A stretch of DNA of 64,000 nt from an uncultured Verrucomicrobiae bacterium. Lineage in GTDB: Bacteria > Verrucomicrobiota > Verrucomicrobiia > Chthoniobacterales > JAFAMB01. The notes under the pieces were generated by a model. The model ran no database searches. It was not told the origin of the DNA and saw only the letters and a list, made by a program, of their open reading frames with translations. Below are positions 48,590 through 58,096 of this stretch, one piece after another. Within the stretch, counting starts at the first letter, position 1; the number at the start of each line of letters is the position of its first letter. The DNA is taken from positions 18,898 to 82,897 of the forward strand of contig CAVTQD010000006.1 of the NCBI GenBank assembly GCA_963736745.1. The letters are read 5' to 3'. The translations under genes and the position numbers were made by a program.

Positions 48590-49360
48590 TTAATTCCTCT
48601 TTTCTAATGCCTTAAGCAATGTCTCCACCGCTGCAATCTGCGCCTGGACGCGCTGCTCCAACGGAAGGGCGATCGGCGTTTCCGTCGTATAGCTGACTTT
48701 CGTGTGATGAACGCTCAGATACATCGCCTCCGCCCAATCGGGGCGATCTTCGAGACTCCCAAGTTTCAGAGCCAAATCTTTCCTGGAAATCACGCCGCCG
48801 TGCGCCGGGACCTCCTCGATTTCCGGGCGTAGATCGATAGGTACATGGCGTCCCATCGCGGCAATGATCTCACTGCCGAGAGTGGGCGGGAGCACCTCGT
48901 TCAGCTCGTATAGATACGCACCGATTCCTTCGAAATCCTCGTGCAGCATCATGGCCGCATCAAAGCGCCCAAGGGTCAGAAGCGCTCCGATGTGACTCTG
49001 AATTTCCAGCGACTTAGAGTTTCGATAATCACGATTCAGGTCGATGTCGTCGGCGTTGAGACGGACACCGCGAGCAAGACCGTTCGGATTGAGAACGGGA
49101 AAAATCGTGGTATCGAAGGCAGCAAAAAAATCGGGCTGGCGGAGCATTTGGAGCAGGGCGAGCGGCCCGGAAGTCTCATCGCCGTGAATGCCTGCGGAAA
49201 AATAGATGCTCGGGGCATCCAAACGACTCTGCGCTGCCCGATGAAGCCAAGGCCGCGTGCCGCTCGCCATCGGCGTGAGATAGCGGACCGTCCACCCTTC
49301 CGCCAGCGCAGCTTGCTCAACATCGCGCGCGTACGCCGACGGATCAAAATTGGTACTCAT
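48590..49360 (-). CDS. M14-family zinc carboxypeptidase / succinylglutamate desuccinylase-like
   Basis: 256 aa: FSAGIHGDETSG (H-x-x-E zinc site), NPNG, DLNRDY, and MLHEDFEG. Confidence 0.8.
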   Translation of the reverse strand: MSTNFDPSAYARDVEQAALAEGWTVRYLTPMASGTRPWLHRAAQSRLDAPSIYFSAGIHGDETSGPLALLQMLRQPDFFAAFDTTIFPVLNPNGLARGVRLNADDIDLNRDYRNSKSLEIQSHIGALLTLGRFDAAMMLHEDFEGIGAYLYELNEVLPPTLGSEIIAAMGRHVPIDLRPEIEEVPAHGGVISRKDLALKLGSLEDRPDWAEAMYLSVHHTKVSYTTETPIALPLEQRVQAQIAAVETLLKALEKRN

Positions 49361-49543
49361 CGTTTAATTCCAAATCAGCAACGGTCATCATCCGCCCCAG
49401 AGCAATTCAAAGGTCACAACCACCCTCGCCTACGCGGACATCAATGCGCAATAAATCTCCTGAACAGCTCAAAAGCAAGGAAGCCTCCTTTCAAAGATCA
49501 AGAGCGTACTCAATGGCATACTGCTTCGACTGCATTGCTCCTT

Positions 49544-50185
49544 CTAGCGAAACAAAGATACGCTATTCGCTCTCCTGACTTGCGCCAAATTTTTGCCACG
49601 CCCAAACGCCGGCCCGGTCTCAGAAAAGGCTGACGCATATGCGGCGTTCCCAGGCTGAACGATCGGAATCGCTCTCCTGATCCGTGTTACATTTCTGGCG
49701 CTCCCGATCACTTTCACCGGCGTGCCGATCTGCACCCGGGCAAAAAATTCCGCCGCAAGGTCTCCAGGCATCCGGACACAACCGTGCGATGCCGGGTAGC
49801 CAGGCAGATACCCCGCATGCATTCCGACGTATTTACGGAATTCCATAAAATAGGGCATCGGAGCAGGCATGTAGCGACATCCCGGAGGGACGTATGAGCC
49901 CACAGTCGCATTTGGGTTGACTATTCTGCCGTAAGAATCGCTGATGAGACCGAAGTTTCCGGACTGATGGTGCAAGTCTTTGTTGATGATCCTGAAGCTC
50001 CCGGTCGGGGTTCCCCAACCCTCTTTGCCCGAAGCAATCGGGGAAATGAATGCCAACCGGCCATCTTCAAGCAAGTAGACCGCCTGCTCGGTAAGATTGA
50101 TGATCACCGATGTCTGGTGAGCGCTTAGATTGGCAGTCAACCCAATTACAAACAGCACGATCGTTAGCTTAGCTTGGACTCTCAT
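49544..50185 (-). CDS. L,D-transpeptidase (YkuD domain)
   Basis: 213 aa with a signal peptide (KLTIVLFVIGLTANLSA) and the catalytic SHGCVRM motif. Confidence 0.85.
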   Translation of the reverse strand: MRVQAKLTIVLFVIGLTANLSAHQTSVIINLTEQAVYLLEDGRLAFISPIASGKEGWGTPTGSFRIINKDLHHQSGNFGLISDSYGRIVNPNATVGSYVPPGCRYMPAPMPYFMEFRKYVGMHAGYLPGYPASHGCVRMPGDLAAEFFARVQIGTPVKVIGSARNVTRIRRAIPIVQPGNAAYASAFSETGPAFGRGKNLAQVRRANSVSLFR

Positions 50186-50632
50186 AGCTTTCCTTGCTTC
50201 ATTGTTCGTTAGAGAACACTGTGGTGGATGCTGTCGAAGATAGATCGGATTCGACTATTGGAGAATTACCCAGAAGGATTAGGAGCAATGGTCCAACCCC
50301 ATTACAGGACTGGAAACTGCCTCCGCCAGTGATCACCTGTGCCGATTGGCGCTGACTAGCAATTAATTATCAACCCCTATGGTAGTCGTCCCGGTCGTAA
50401 TCGTGATGCCGGTGCCAGCGGTGCGAGTAGTGGTACTCATCCGAGCGGCGACAGAATGATCGAGACTGAAGACCACCGTTGGACGAGGGTGTAGATGATA
50501 CGACGTCATTTTTCGCTAAACCTGAACCCATGAAGCAAATCGATTCTGACCAAGCTCCGCGATTTTGACCGTCGAGCGATTCTTTGCGATCGCACACCGG
50601 TTCTTGGCCAGCGCCGACCAATCGGAGAAAAA

Positions 50633-51670
50633 ATGCAAAAAAGTGCACTCAATTGCGCCACATGCGAAGTGGCAAACAATCGGGACATAAGTGGTCGGGC
50701 GACCGCTGGACAAGTCAACCGCCCGTCGCGGATTCGAAAGAGAAACAGCTTTGGGCGCATCATCGGCTTGACCGTTCTCGGATTCTTAACAACGGCTGGT
50801 TTCATGGTCGCCTTAGGACCCATGGCCGCACGGGCGGGCGAGGATGAGGGAGGAGTGTATAAGCAAATTGAGGCTTTGGAGGCCAAGGTGTCCGCCTTGC
50901 AGGCAACTGTTTCCATATTGCAAGGACAGGTCTCTTCGCTGCAGGTTCAGTTGGCGGTGGTCCAATCCAATCCCGCACTCGCACTAGGTCCTTTCGTCAC
51001 CGTCGATCCCGACCCGGAGATTGGTGTGGTTGGTCCGAATATCACATTTAAGGGGGCCAATATTCATATCGTCAGCGGCACGGGCTTTACGGACGACAAC
51101 GACCATCCCATTGGTCTTGGCAATTTGATTATTGGCTATGACGAACCACCGGGCAGTCTCAGCAGTACTGACCGCAGTGGGTCACATAATTTGGTAATCG
51201 GAAGGTACAATAAGTTCACCCAAGCTGCTTTTGGTGGCCTTGTCGCAGGCGAACTAAACACGATCAGCAATAGAGAGACTTCCGTCACCGGCGGCGCAAA
51301 CAACATCGCCAGCGGTCTGCTTGCCAGTGTCAGCGGCGGAGTGTCCAACACCGCCAGTGGCGGCCAGGCCAGCGTCAGCGGCGGCGTAAATAACGCTGCC
51401 AGCGGCTCCGGAGCTAGCATAAGCGGCGGTGAATCCAACACCGCTTGCGGCTCCGGAGCCAGCGTCAGCGGCGGTATGAGCAATACCGCCTGCAGCAGCC
51501 AGGCCAGCGTCAGCGGCGGCGATGGCAACACCGCCAGCGGAACGCAGTCCAGCGTCAGCGGAGGTGCGGGCAACACCGCAAATGGATCGGCAACGGCAGT
51601 CATTGGGGGCCAAAACGTCACCGACAACGTTGATGGCTCAATCAGGCCGCAACCGCCCTTCACCCCCTGA
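50633..51670 (+). CDS. Secreted/anchored repeat protein: N-terminal hydrophobic segment, coiled coil, then seven 15-aa Ser/Gly/Asn repeats
   Basis: RIIGLTVLGFLTTAGFMVALGPMAARA, IEALEAKVSALQATVSILQGQVSSLQVQL, and then a consensus ASVSGGxxNTASGxx repeated 7 times. It is reminiscent of adhesin head or tail-fibre repeats. The start codon is uncertain. Confidence 0.7.
   Translation: MQKSALNCATCEVANNRDISGRATAGQVNRPSRIRKRNSFGRIIGLTVLGFLTTAGFMVALGPMAARAGEDEGGVYKQIEALEAKVSALQATVSILQGQVSSLQVQLAVVQSNPALALGPFVTVDPDPEIGVVGPNITFKGANIHIVSGTGFTDDNDHPIGLGNLIIGYDEPPGSLSSTDRSGSHNLVIGRYNKFTQAAFGGLVAGELNTISNRETSVTGGANNIASGLLASVSGGVSNTASGGQASVSGGVNNAASGSGASISGGESNTACGSGASVSGGMSNTACSSQASVSGGDGNTASGTQSSVSGGAGNTANGSATAVIGGQNVTDNVDGSIRPQPPFTP
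51278..51592 (+). repeat. Seven tandem 45-bp coding repeats
   Basis: Codons 216-320 of the ORF at 50633 form exactly 7 x 15 aa: TSVTGGANNIASGLL / ASVSGGVSNTASGGQ / ASVSGGVNNAASGSG / ASISGGESNTACGSG / ASVSGGMSNTACSSQ / ASVSGGDGNTASGTQ / SSVSGGAGNTANGSA. Confidence 0.85.
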
Positions 51671-51792
51671 TGCCCAATCCCCCTGGCTGCTCAGGGGAGA
51701 TATTGCTCGAATTGTGAATCCATCAGGTAGGACCGCGTATGGGGCGCGACCCGTGACACATTCATTAGCCCTTTCGGCGCGATGCGTTATTG

Positions 51793-52836
51793 TCAGCTCT
51801 TCGTATTGCGTCGGTCTGTGAGTTTGATGTTCACGATCACCGCCAGCGCGATCACAAGGCCCACAAACGCATCCTGAATATAGGCGTCTGTACCCAGCAA
51901 CACGAGTCCGGTTCGCACCTCGGCCATGATAAACGTGCCGATGAAGGTGCCAACGATACTTCCCACCCCCCCGGCCATCGATGTGCCTCCAATCACAGCG
52001 GCCGCGATGGCCTCCAATTCCAGCCCGGTTCCTTGAGTCGGTGTCACTGTTTTGAGGTATCCAAGTGATACGAGCCCTGCCAGACCCGCGGCGAGTGACG
52101 TAATCAAAAATCCAACCCTCTTCACTTGGGTAATCTTGATCCCGGCAAGTGTGGCAGCCTCAGGATTGTCCCCCGTCGCATACAGCTTTACACCAAAGGC
52201 GGTTCGATGCAGGAGCAGGAAAAGCAATACTCCCCATGCCGCCATCCAAAATATAGGCACCGGTATGGTACCGAAACCCTTGCCGCGGCCCATAATGTCG
52301 AAGAATGCGGTCTCAAACTGAAAAGAAGAAATCGGTTGCCCCTGCGACAGCACCATGGCGATTCCGCGATAAACCATCATCGTGGACAGGGTAGCGATGA
52401 AGGAATTGATCTTTGTCGTTGTTACCAATAGTCCATTCAGCAGTCCCAGAATCAGCGCGGACGCCAACCCGCAGATGGCTGCCGCCCAGATCTCCAGCCC
52501 GAAGTGCTTTGCCAGCAAACCCGTTACCACGCCGGTTACGGCATAGATCGCACCTACAGAGAGATCGAACTCCCCTGAGATAATGAGCATTGTCATCGCC
52601 ATTGCAATGATGCCGAGTTCCGCCGTCTGCCGTAGCAAATTCAGCAAGTTGTAAGTGGATAGAAAGACCGGTGAGGCTAAGGAAAACCCTAACCCGATTA
52701 GCAGGGCCACGATTGCGATCCCGAAATCGCGCATGAGAAACGCGCGACTCCACGCGCTTCTGAATCCGCTCGTCGGATGCCTGGCGTCGTTGGCTCCGCC
52801 TTTGCTGGCGTAGGTTGGTTCAGGTAGTCGCTGCAT
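51793..52836 (-). CDS. Sugar ABC transporter permease (CUT2 type)
   Basis: 347 aa: GEFDLSVGAIYA, NSFIATLSTMMVYRG, and IAAAVIGGTSMAGGVGS. Confidence 0.85.
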   Translation of the reverse strand: MQRLPEPTYASKGGANDARHPTSGFRSAWSRAFLMRDFGIAIVALLIGLGFSLASPVFLSTYNLLNLLRQTAELGIIAMAMTMLIISGEFDLSVGAIYAVTGVVTGLLAKHFGLEIWAAAICGLASALILGLLNGLLVTTTKINSFIATLSTMMVYRGIAMVLSQGQPISSFQFETAFFDIMGRGKGFGTIPVPIFWMAAWGVLLFLLLHRTAFGVKLYATGDNPEAATLAGIKITQVKRVGFLITSLAAGLAGLVSLGYLKTVTPTQGTGLELEAIAAAVIGGTSMAGGVGSIVGTFIGTFIMAEVRTGLVLLGTDAYIQDAFVGLVIALAVIVNIKLTDRRNTKS

Positions 52837-54306
52837 GGATGATCGATTCTTTGGTCGCTTCGGCTCTGTTCAGAATGGTTCTCACTCGCCCTCGATTCAT
52901 CACTAGCACGCGATCACTGAGCACTAGCAATTCTTCGATCGCCGACGAAGTAATGATGAATGAAAAACCTCGCAGGGTAAGAGCAAACATGAGGTCATAA
53001 ATTTCCTTCTTCGCGCCCACATCTACCCCGCGGGTGGGTTCATTCATAAGAATGATCGCCGGCTCGAGCAATAGCCATCGTGATAACAACACCTTCTGTT
53101 GATTACCGCCGCTAAGTGATCCGATGAGATCGTCTTCGTGGCGGAATTTGATCGAAAGCTCCTTTTTCATCGACGCGGCGCTGTCACGCATACCGGCGGT
53201 GTCCTTGAAAAGAAGATCCGGACGCTGAGCAGTTCGCGCGATGTGCAGGTTTGTCTTGATGTCCTGATGCGGAAACAGTCCCAGTGTCTTTCGATCTTCC
53301 GGGATATAGCCGATCCCCTGTCGAATCGCGTCGTGCGGAGACCGAATCCGGATCTGGCGATTATTGATCGTCACTTCGCCGGATTCGACCTTGTGCAGTC
53401 CAAACAAGCTCCGGACCAAGACGGACCGACCCGACCCCGTCAGCCCGGCGATCCCTAAAATCTCGCCGGCTCGCAGCGAAAAAGTGACCGATGAGAAATG
53501 GCCGGTCAGACTGAGATTGCGAACGTCGAGTACTGTTCGCTGCTCGCTACTGGGCAAATCGCGCGCCGGCGGTGTAAGAGTCCGCCCGGCAATCATTCTC
53601 GACAATGTACTTACCTCGAATGCCTCTCTGGCCAACGTGCCAATATGGCGTCCGTCGCGCAGGACCACGATGCGGTCCGAAAGTTCAACGAGTTCCTCCA
53701 GCATGTGACTAACGAAAATGAAGCTGATGCCTTTCGCGCGAAGGTTCCGAATTACACGAAACAGCCGCCCGACTTCGGGCGGTGTGAGCGCCGTCGTCGG
53801 CTCGTCGAGAATGATCAGCTTCGCCTCGCGCGAGAGCACTCGTACCAGGAGAGCCAGCTGCCGTTCCGCAGCGCTCACATCGCGGATAAGTGCCCGCGGA
53901 TTAACATCTTCATCCAGGAGAACGCGATACAAATCGACACAACGAGCCTCCATGACACGCCAATCCGGCATGAAGTGTCTTTTCGGCATTTGCGTTCCGA
54001 GAAAGATGTTCGCCGTGATTGAGAGATGCGGACAAATCGGGATCTCCTGGTGAAAAACCGCCAGACCGGCTCGGCCCGCTGCATTTGGATCCTTGGGTGC
54101 GTAAGGCTTTTGTTCGAGGAAGACAGAACCTTGATCGGCCGTGTGAATACCAGCAAGAATCTTGATCAGCGTCGATTTACCCGCGCCGTTCTCGCCGGCG
54201 AAGCCAACGATCTCTCCCTGACTGACGAGAAAGACACTTCCGACAAAGCTTGTACCGGTCCGAACCGTTTGCTGACATTTTCAATGCGGAGCAGATCAGC
54301 GGACAT
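52820..54306 (-). pseudogene. Sugar ABC transporter ATP-binding protein (two ABC domains), one frameshift
   Basis: I translated the N-terminus MSADLLRIENVSKRFGPVQALSEVSF from the ATG at 54306. After a shift near 54228 it continues as VSQGEIVGFAGENGAGKSTLIKILAG...QMPKRH into ORF 52820..53989 (LSGGNQQKVLLSR). Confidence 0.85.
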
Positions 54307-54384
54307 GAGCCGAGTGGGGATCCTACGCGAACAAAGGAGACAAGGGACTGTTTTGCCGCGCCAATTTGTGTTGAAAGGGCGGGG

Positions 54385-55368
54385 TTAGCGGTATCCTTGA
54401 GCAGCCAACTCTTTTACCTTTGCGACATTTTCCTGAGTAACCGGAGCCACACCGGTATTGATGTCGGTCGGAGCGAGGTTAAATCGCTTAAGCAGAAAAA
54501 GATTGATCACACTCTGAAACCCTTGCAAGTAGGGCTGTTGATCGATCGTGAACTGCATCTCGCCTTTTTCAATTCCGTTAAGAACATCCGCAACCAGGTC
54601 AAACGAACCTCCCGCTACTTTACCCTTCAGATTGTCGCGATCGATGATCTGTGCAATCGCCGACCCTGTAACATCTTCTACGCCGAACATGCCCTTGATG
54701 CTCGGATCCGCCTGCAATGCGGACGAGATGAGCGATACCGCTCGGACCATATCTGTCCCAGTGGCCACGACCCGGTACGAATATTTTCCGTTCTGCTTAT
54801 CCAGCACATCCTTCACCCCTTTGATCCGAGCTTCCAGATTTTCCGCTCCGGCCGTGTGGATGCACAGCAATACATGGCCCCCGTCGGGGACAACTTTAAG
54901 GATCTGCTGTCCCATAGATACACCCGCCTCATAGTTACCTTGGCCGATGTAAGCGAGCCGTCCGCTAGCCGGCGCGTCCGCGTTCAACGCGATTACCGGA
55001 ATGCCGCGTCCCATTGCTTCCTTCACCACATCATTAAACGCGGTAGGATCAGGCATCGTCGTGGCGATGCCATCGACGTTCTGCGCGATGGCAGATTTGA
55101 TGAAATCAATTTGCTTCTCAATATCGAATCCGGAAGGGCCGGTATAAGTCACGTCCGCGCCGACCAATTTCCCGGCGTCTTCAGCGCCTTTTCGGACGGG
55201 TACGAAAAACGGCACAGCCGTGGCATGTGTGATGACAACAAACTTGTACCTCTGGTTGGGCTTACCAGGCGTGTCAGACCCAGCAGCGATAACCTGAGGA
55301 ACTGCAAGGCTCAACCCAATGAGGGCGAGCCCAATAAATGCAACGAGTGCTTTCGGTAGAATCTTCAT
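54385..55368 (-). CDS. Sugar ABC transporter substrate-binding protein
   Basis: 327 aa with a signal peptide (ALVAFIGLALIGLSLAVPQVIAA) and PBP type I blocks (NVDGIATTMPD, GIPVIALNADAP). Confidence 0.85.
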   Translation of the reverse strand: MKILPKALVAFIGLALIGLSLAVPQVIAAGSDTPGKPNQRYKFVVITHATAVPFFVPVRKGAEDAGKLVGADVTYTGPSGFDIEKQIDFIKSAIAQNVDGIATTMPDPTAFNDVVKEAMGRGIPVIALNADAPASGRLAYIGQGNYEAGVSMGQQILKVVPDGGHVLLCIHTAGAENLEARIKGVKDVLDKQNGKYSYRVVATGTDMVRAVSLISSALQADPSIKGMFGVEDVTGSAIAQIIDRDNLKGKVAGGSFDLVADVLNGIEKGEMQFTIDQQPYLQGFQSVINLFLLKRFNLAPTDINTGVAPVTQENVAKVKELAAQGYR

Positions 55369-55708
55369 TTAGTCTAAGGGGGGTTGCTTTCCGAACCACC
55401 GGTCGATTAACCGCATTCGGTGTGGTTTGGTAGAACCTCACCCTACGGATTGTTTGACACAAGGTCAATGTATTGAGGCCGCCCTCGGCTGGCGCCATTC
55501 ACGCCGCTCCGATGATACTGCGATTGTGCTCGGGTCGTGAATTACTCCGGTTTCCGAAGAGAGTAAGAAGGCCTAGTCTGTGGGACCTGCGTGGCAAACG
55601 GACGCATTGAGAAAAAGCCACAGCGCAGAAAGAAACTGGGAAAGCTCAGTTAGCGGAACTCCGCGTAAGAGCTTTTCGCTTAACGCTGTGTAACGTAGCT
55701 TTAACACT

Positions 55709-56677
55709 ATGCCCTCAGGAGAACAGGAGACCAAGACAACCAACCGCCTTGTCACCCCCTTCACCGCCAAATCAACCGCCGCGGAGGTGATGGCGGGCAT
55801 CGACCTCACCGGCCGTCGTGTTATCGTCACGGGCGGGGCGTCAGGCATCGGCATCGAGACTGCCCGGGCCCTGGCTGGTGCCGGCGCGGAAGTGACCATC
55901 GCCGTTCGCAATGTCGAGGCAGGCAACCGCACCGCCAAAGACATCGCCTCCACGACCGGCAACGGCAGGGTCCGGCTTGCCCCGCTCGACCTGGCCGATC
56001 GAGCTTCGGTGGCATCGTTCGTCGCTGCTTGGGACGGCCCGCTGCACATCCTGGTCAACAACGCCGGCGTGATGGCATTACCCGAGATGCGGACAGCGGA
56101 GGGGTGGGAGATGCAGTTCGCTACCAACCACTTCGGCCACTTCGCGCTAGCCACCGGACTGCACCGCGCGCTCGCCGCAGCTGTGGGAGCTCGCGTCGTG
56201 TCGGTCAGCTCTGGCGGCCATCTGATCTCTCCGGTCGTGTTTGACGACATCCACTTTCGCGTCCGCGCCTATGAACCGTGGCCAGCGTATGGGCAATCCA
56301 AGACGGCGAATGCGCTTTTCGCGGTCGAGGCGACCAGGCGATGGGCCAACGACGGCATCACCGTCAATGCGTTGATGCCCGGCGCAATCCGGTCGAACCT
56401 GCAGCGCCATCTGGATGAGGTAGAACTTAACCGGATGGAGGCGCGGATGAATCAATCGACCGATTTCGAGTGGAAGACACCCGAGCAAGGCGCGTCCACC
56501 TCCGTGCTGCTGGCCGCGTCACCTCTGCTCGACGGCGTCGGCGGCCGCTACTTCGAGGACTGCAACGAGGCCGAGCCCAACCGGCCAGGAAGTCGCCGCG
56601 GCGTGGCCGCCTACGCGCTGGATCCGGAGGCGGCTGCGCGTCTTTGGCAGGTTTCGTTGGACATACTGGCCTCGTAA
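55709..56677 (+). CDS. SDR-family oxidoreductase (G+C-rich block)
   Basis: 322 aa: VTGGASGIGIETARAL, NNAGVM, and the S...YGQSKTAN catalytic context. Codon third positions are almost all G/C, unlike upstream genes. Confidence 0.85.
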   Translation: MPSGEQETKTTNRLVTPFTAKSTAAEVMAGIDLTGRRVIVTGGASGIGIETARALAGAGAEVTIAVRNVEAGNRTAKDIASTTGNGRVRLAPLDLADRASVASFVAAWDGPLHILVNNAGVMALPEMRTAEGWEMQFATNHFGHFALATGLHRALAAAVGARVVSVSSGGHLISPVVFDDIHFRVRAYEPWPAYGQSKTANALFAVEATRRWANDGITVNALMPGAIRSNLQRHLDEVELNRMEARMNQSTDFEWKTPEQGASTSVLLAASPLLDGVGGRYFEDCNEAEPNRPGSRRGVAAYALDPEAAARLWQVSLDILAS

Positions 56678-56926
56678 TTGGGACCAATGACCCTTGCCTC
56701 GTCGAGGCCGGCCTGATCCGTCAGAGGTCAACGTTCTCCTTTGTCAACGATCCGGCCGAATGAGATCAATGAATAGGAGCGGCGCAGTCACTGTGCTAAC
56801 TTTTCGACCCTCCGATAAGACCAAAAAACGGCTTCAGGTTCCAGCAAAGGCTCGACGAATCAATTCTGTGAATTAATCTGCTGATGGCAACGGGAAAGGA
56901 TCAACCGAAATGATGGATATGGGATT

Positions 56927-57121
56927 ATGACAGGCAATGAGGGGGAGGACAAAGACTGTAACGATGCGCTCCTGCTCTTGATCAGACACCTTGAAAACGA
57001 AGTCCGGCGTCTTGCGGCTGAAAACAACCAACTGAAGGCGGAAAACGCCGAACTGACAAAGGTTAACGACTTCCTGAATTCAATCGCCATCCGAGGACAG
57101 GACAAGCTCGACGAAAAATGA
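56927..57121 (+). CDS. Hypothetical 64-aa coiled-coil protein
   Basis: Supported only by an ORF with a heptad-like sequence (LENEVRRLAAENNQLKAENAELTKVNDFL) in an AT-richer spacer. No family was recognised. Confidence 0.3.
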   Translation: MTGNEGEDKDCNDALLLLIRHLENEVRRLAAENNQLKAENAELTKVNDFLNSIAIRGQDKLDEK

Positions 57122-57231
57122 TCACCGACTCGTTCTCCCAAGGCTCACAGTGCGCGCCAACCTATTTTTGAGATCCGCTGATTCCGTAAGATTCGAATGC
57201 CTCTCAAGCCTCATCCCATCGTCCGGCAGGC

Positions 57232-57474
57232 TTAGCAATCCTCGAGATCAAGTCGTTTGTGTAGTTCATCCAGGCTCTTTCTAAGATCAATTCGTAGGTC
57301 ATGTGCTGATTGACCAATTCTTTCTGTTCCGAGCAATCCGTAAAGGGTGCGACAAAGAATCACAGCGTCTTGAAGGCAGTGTCTTAAGAGCCTATTCTCT
57401 GCTTCAAGGGCATCTATCCGTTTCGCGAGCCTGTCTAAGTCATCCCGCAGGTCCATGAAATGACTTTCGGCCAA
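57232..57474 (-). CDS. Hypothetical 80-aa coiled-coil protein
   Basis: ORF with LDRLAKRIDALEAENRLLRHCLQD, convergent with the previous small ORF. No family was recognised. Confidence 0.3.
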   Translation of the reverse strand: MAESHFMDLRDDLDRLAKRIDALEAENRLLRHCLQDAVILCRTLYGLLGTERIGQSAHDLRIDLRKSLDELHKRLDLEDC

Positions 57475-57656
57475 GATCGTCAGGAGAACAATACGAAGCT
57501 ACGGACTTTACACACTAGCAGCATCAGCTATCGCACTACCGGCTGCAATAGCTTCCATTATTATCTCCACGGCTACAGCCGCTAAGACTTGAGCACAATA
57601 AAGCCGTTACGAAACTTCCCTTTATCAGTTTCGTCATAGAGAAAAAATTTGATTCG

Positions 57657-57968
57657 TCAATCTGCTGCGTCCTCCCGTATCGCAGCGTCGAGAATGTCCG
57701 CTGTTCCAGGACCTGAAACCTCGGCCTGCGGATCGATACGCACCGGTACGTCGCACCTTGGACAAACTTCTCGATAGCTTCCCGCTCTTCGCGCCGCTGA
57801 GCTCTTTTTCTTGAGAAATTCGGCGTATCGATCCGTGCCTTCGCCGTCGTAAGCGTCCCAGGCGCAAACGATCCGGCCCTCTGCCCTGACGAAAACGCAA
57901 CCGGACCGCTCAAGGGTCCAGTCGATCAGGGTTCTTAGTACTCCCACGTCTTTCGTATTTGCCCTCAT
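57657..57968 (-). CDS. Hypothetical protein (about 103 aa) with a CPRC motif
   Basis: ORF 57657..58037 trimmed to the internal ATG (MRANTKDVGVLRTLIDW...). An overlapping alternative ORF, 57536..57913, exists, so coding status is uncertain. Confidence 0.3.
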   Translation of the reverse strand: MRANTKDVGVLRTLIDWTLERSGCVFVRAEGRIVCAWDAYDGEGTDRYAEFLKKKSSAARRAGSYREVCPRCDVPVRIDPQAEVSGPGTADILDAAIREDAAD

Positions 57969-58096
57969 CTTTTTAAGCAAATGCGTGATCCTGAAACAGG
58001 AAACGAAAAACATGAAATCTTCAAATAGCATTGGCATCTCGTCGGAGAATGATAAGGTCTGGTCGTATGAAGGCTAAGCCATCGATTCCCCCCCTA

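Noticed and set aside
50370-50648. A 92-aa minus-strand ORF ending in a His/Asp/Tyr-rich tail (EYHYSHRWHRHHDYDRDDYHRG)
   Set aside because: It has no signal peptide, no recognisable family and an unconvincing start. It overlaps the start region of the repeat-protein ORF. It is left unannotated, though a small metal-binding peptide cannot be excluded.
51278-51592. Periodic repeats considered as a CRISPR array (also the short repeat at about 36486-36520)
   Set aside because: The 45-bp units are contiguous with no spacers, lie in frame inside an ORF, and encode a regular peptide repeat. No cas genes are present.
51680-51697. The hairpin CCCCTG-gctgct-CAGGGG after the repeat-protein stop as an intrinsic terminator
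   Set aside because: It has only a 6-bp stem and no downstream T tract, which is too weak to call.
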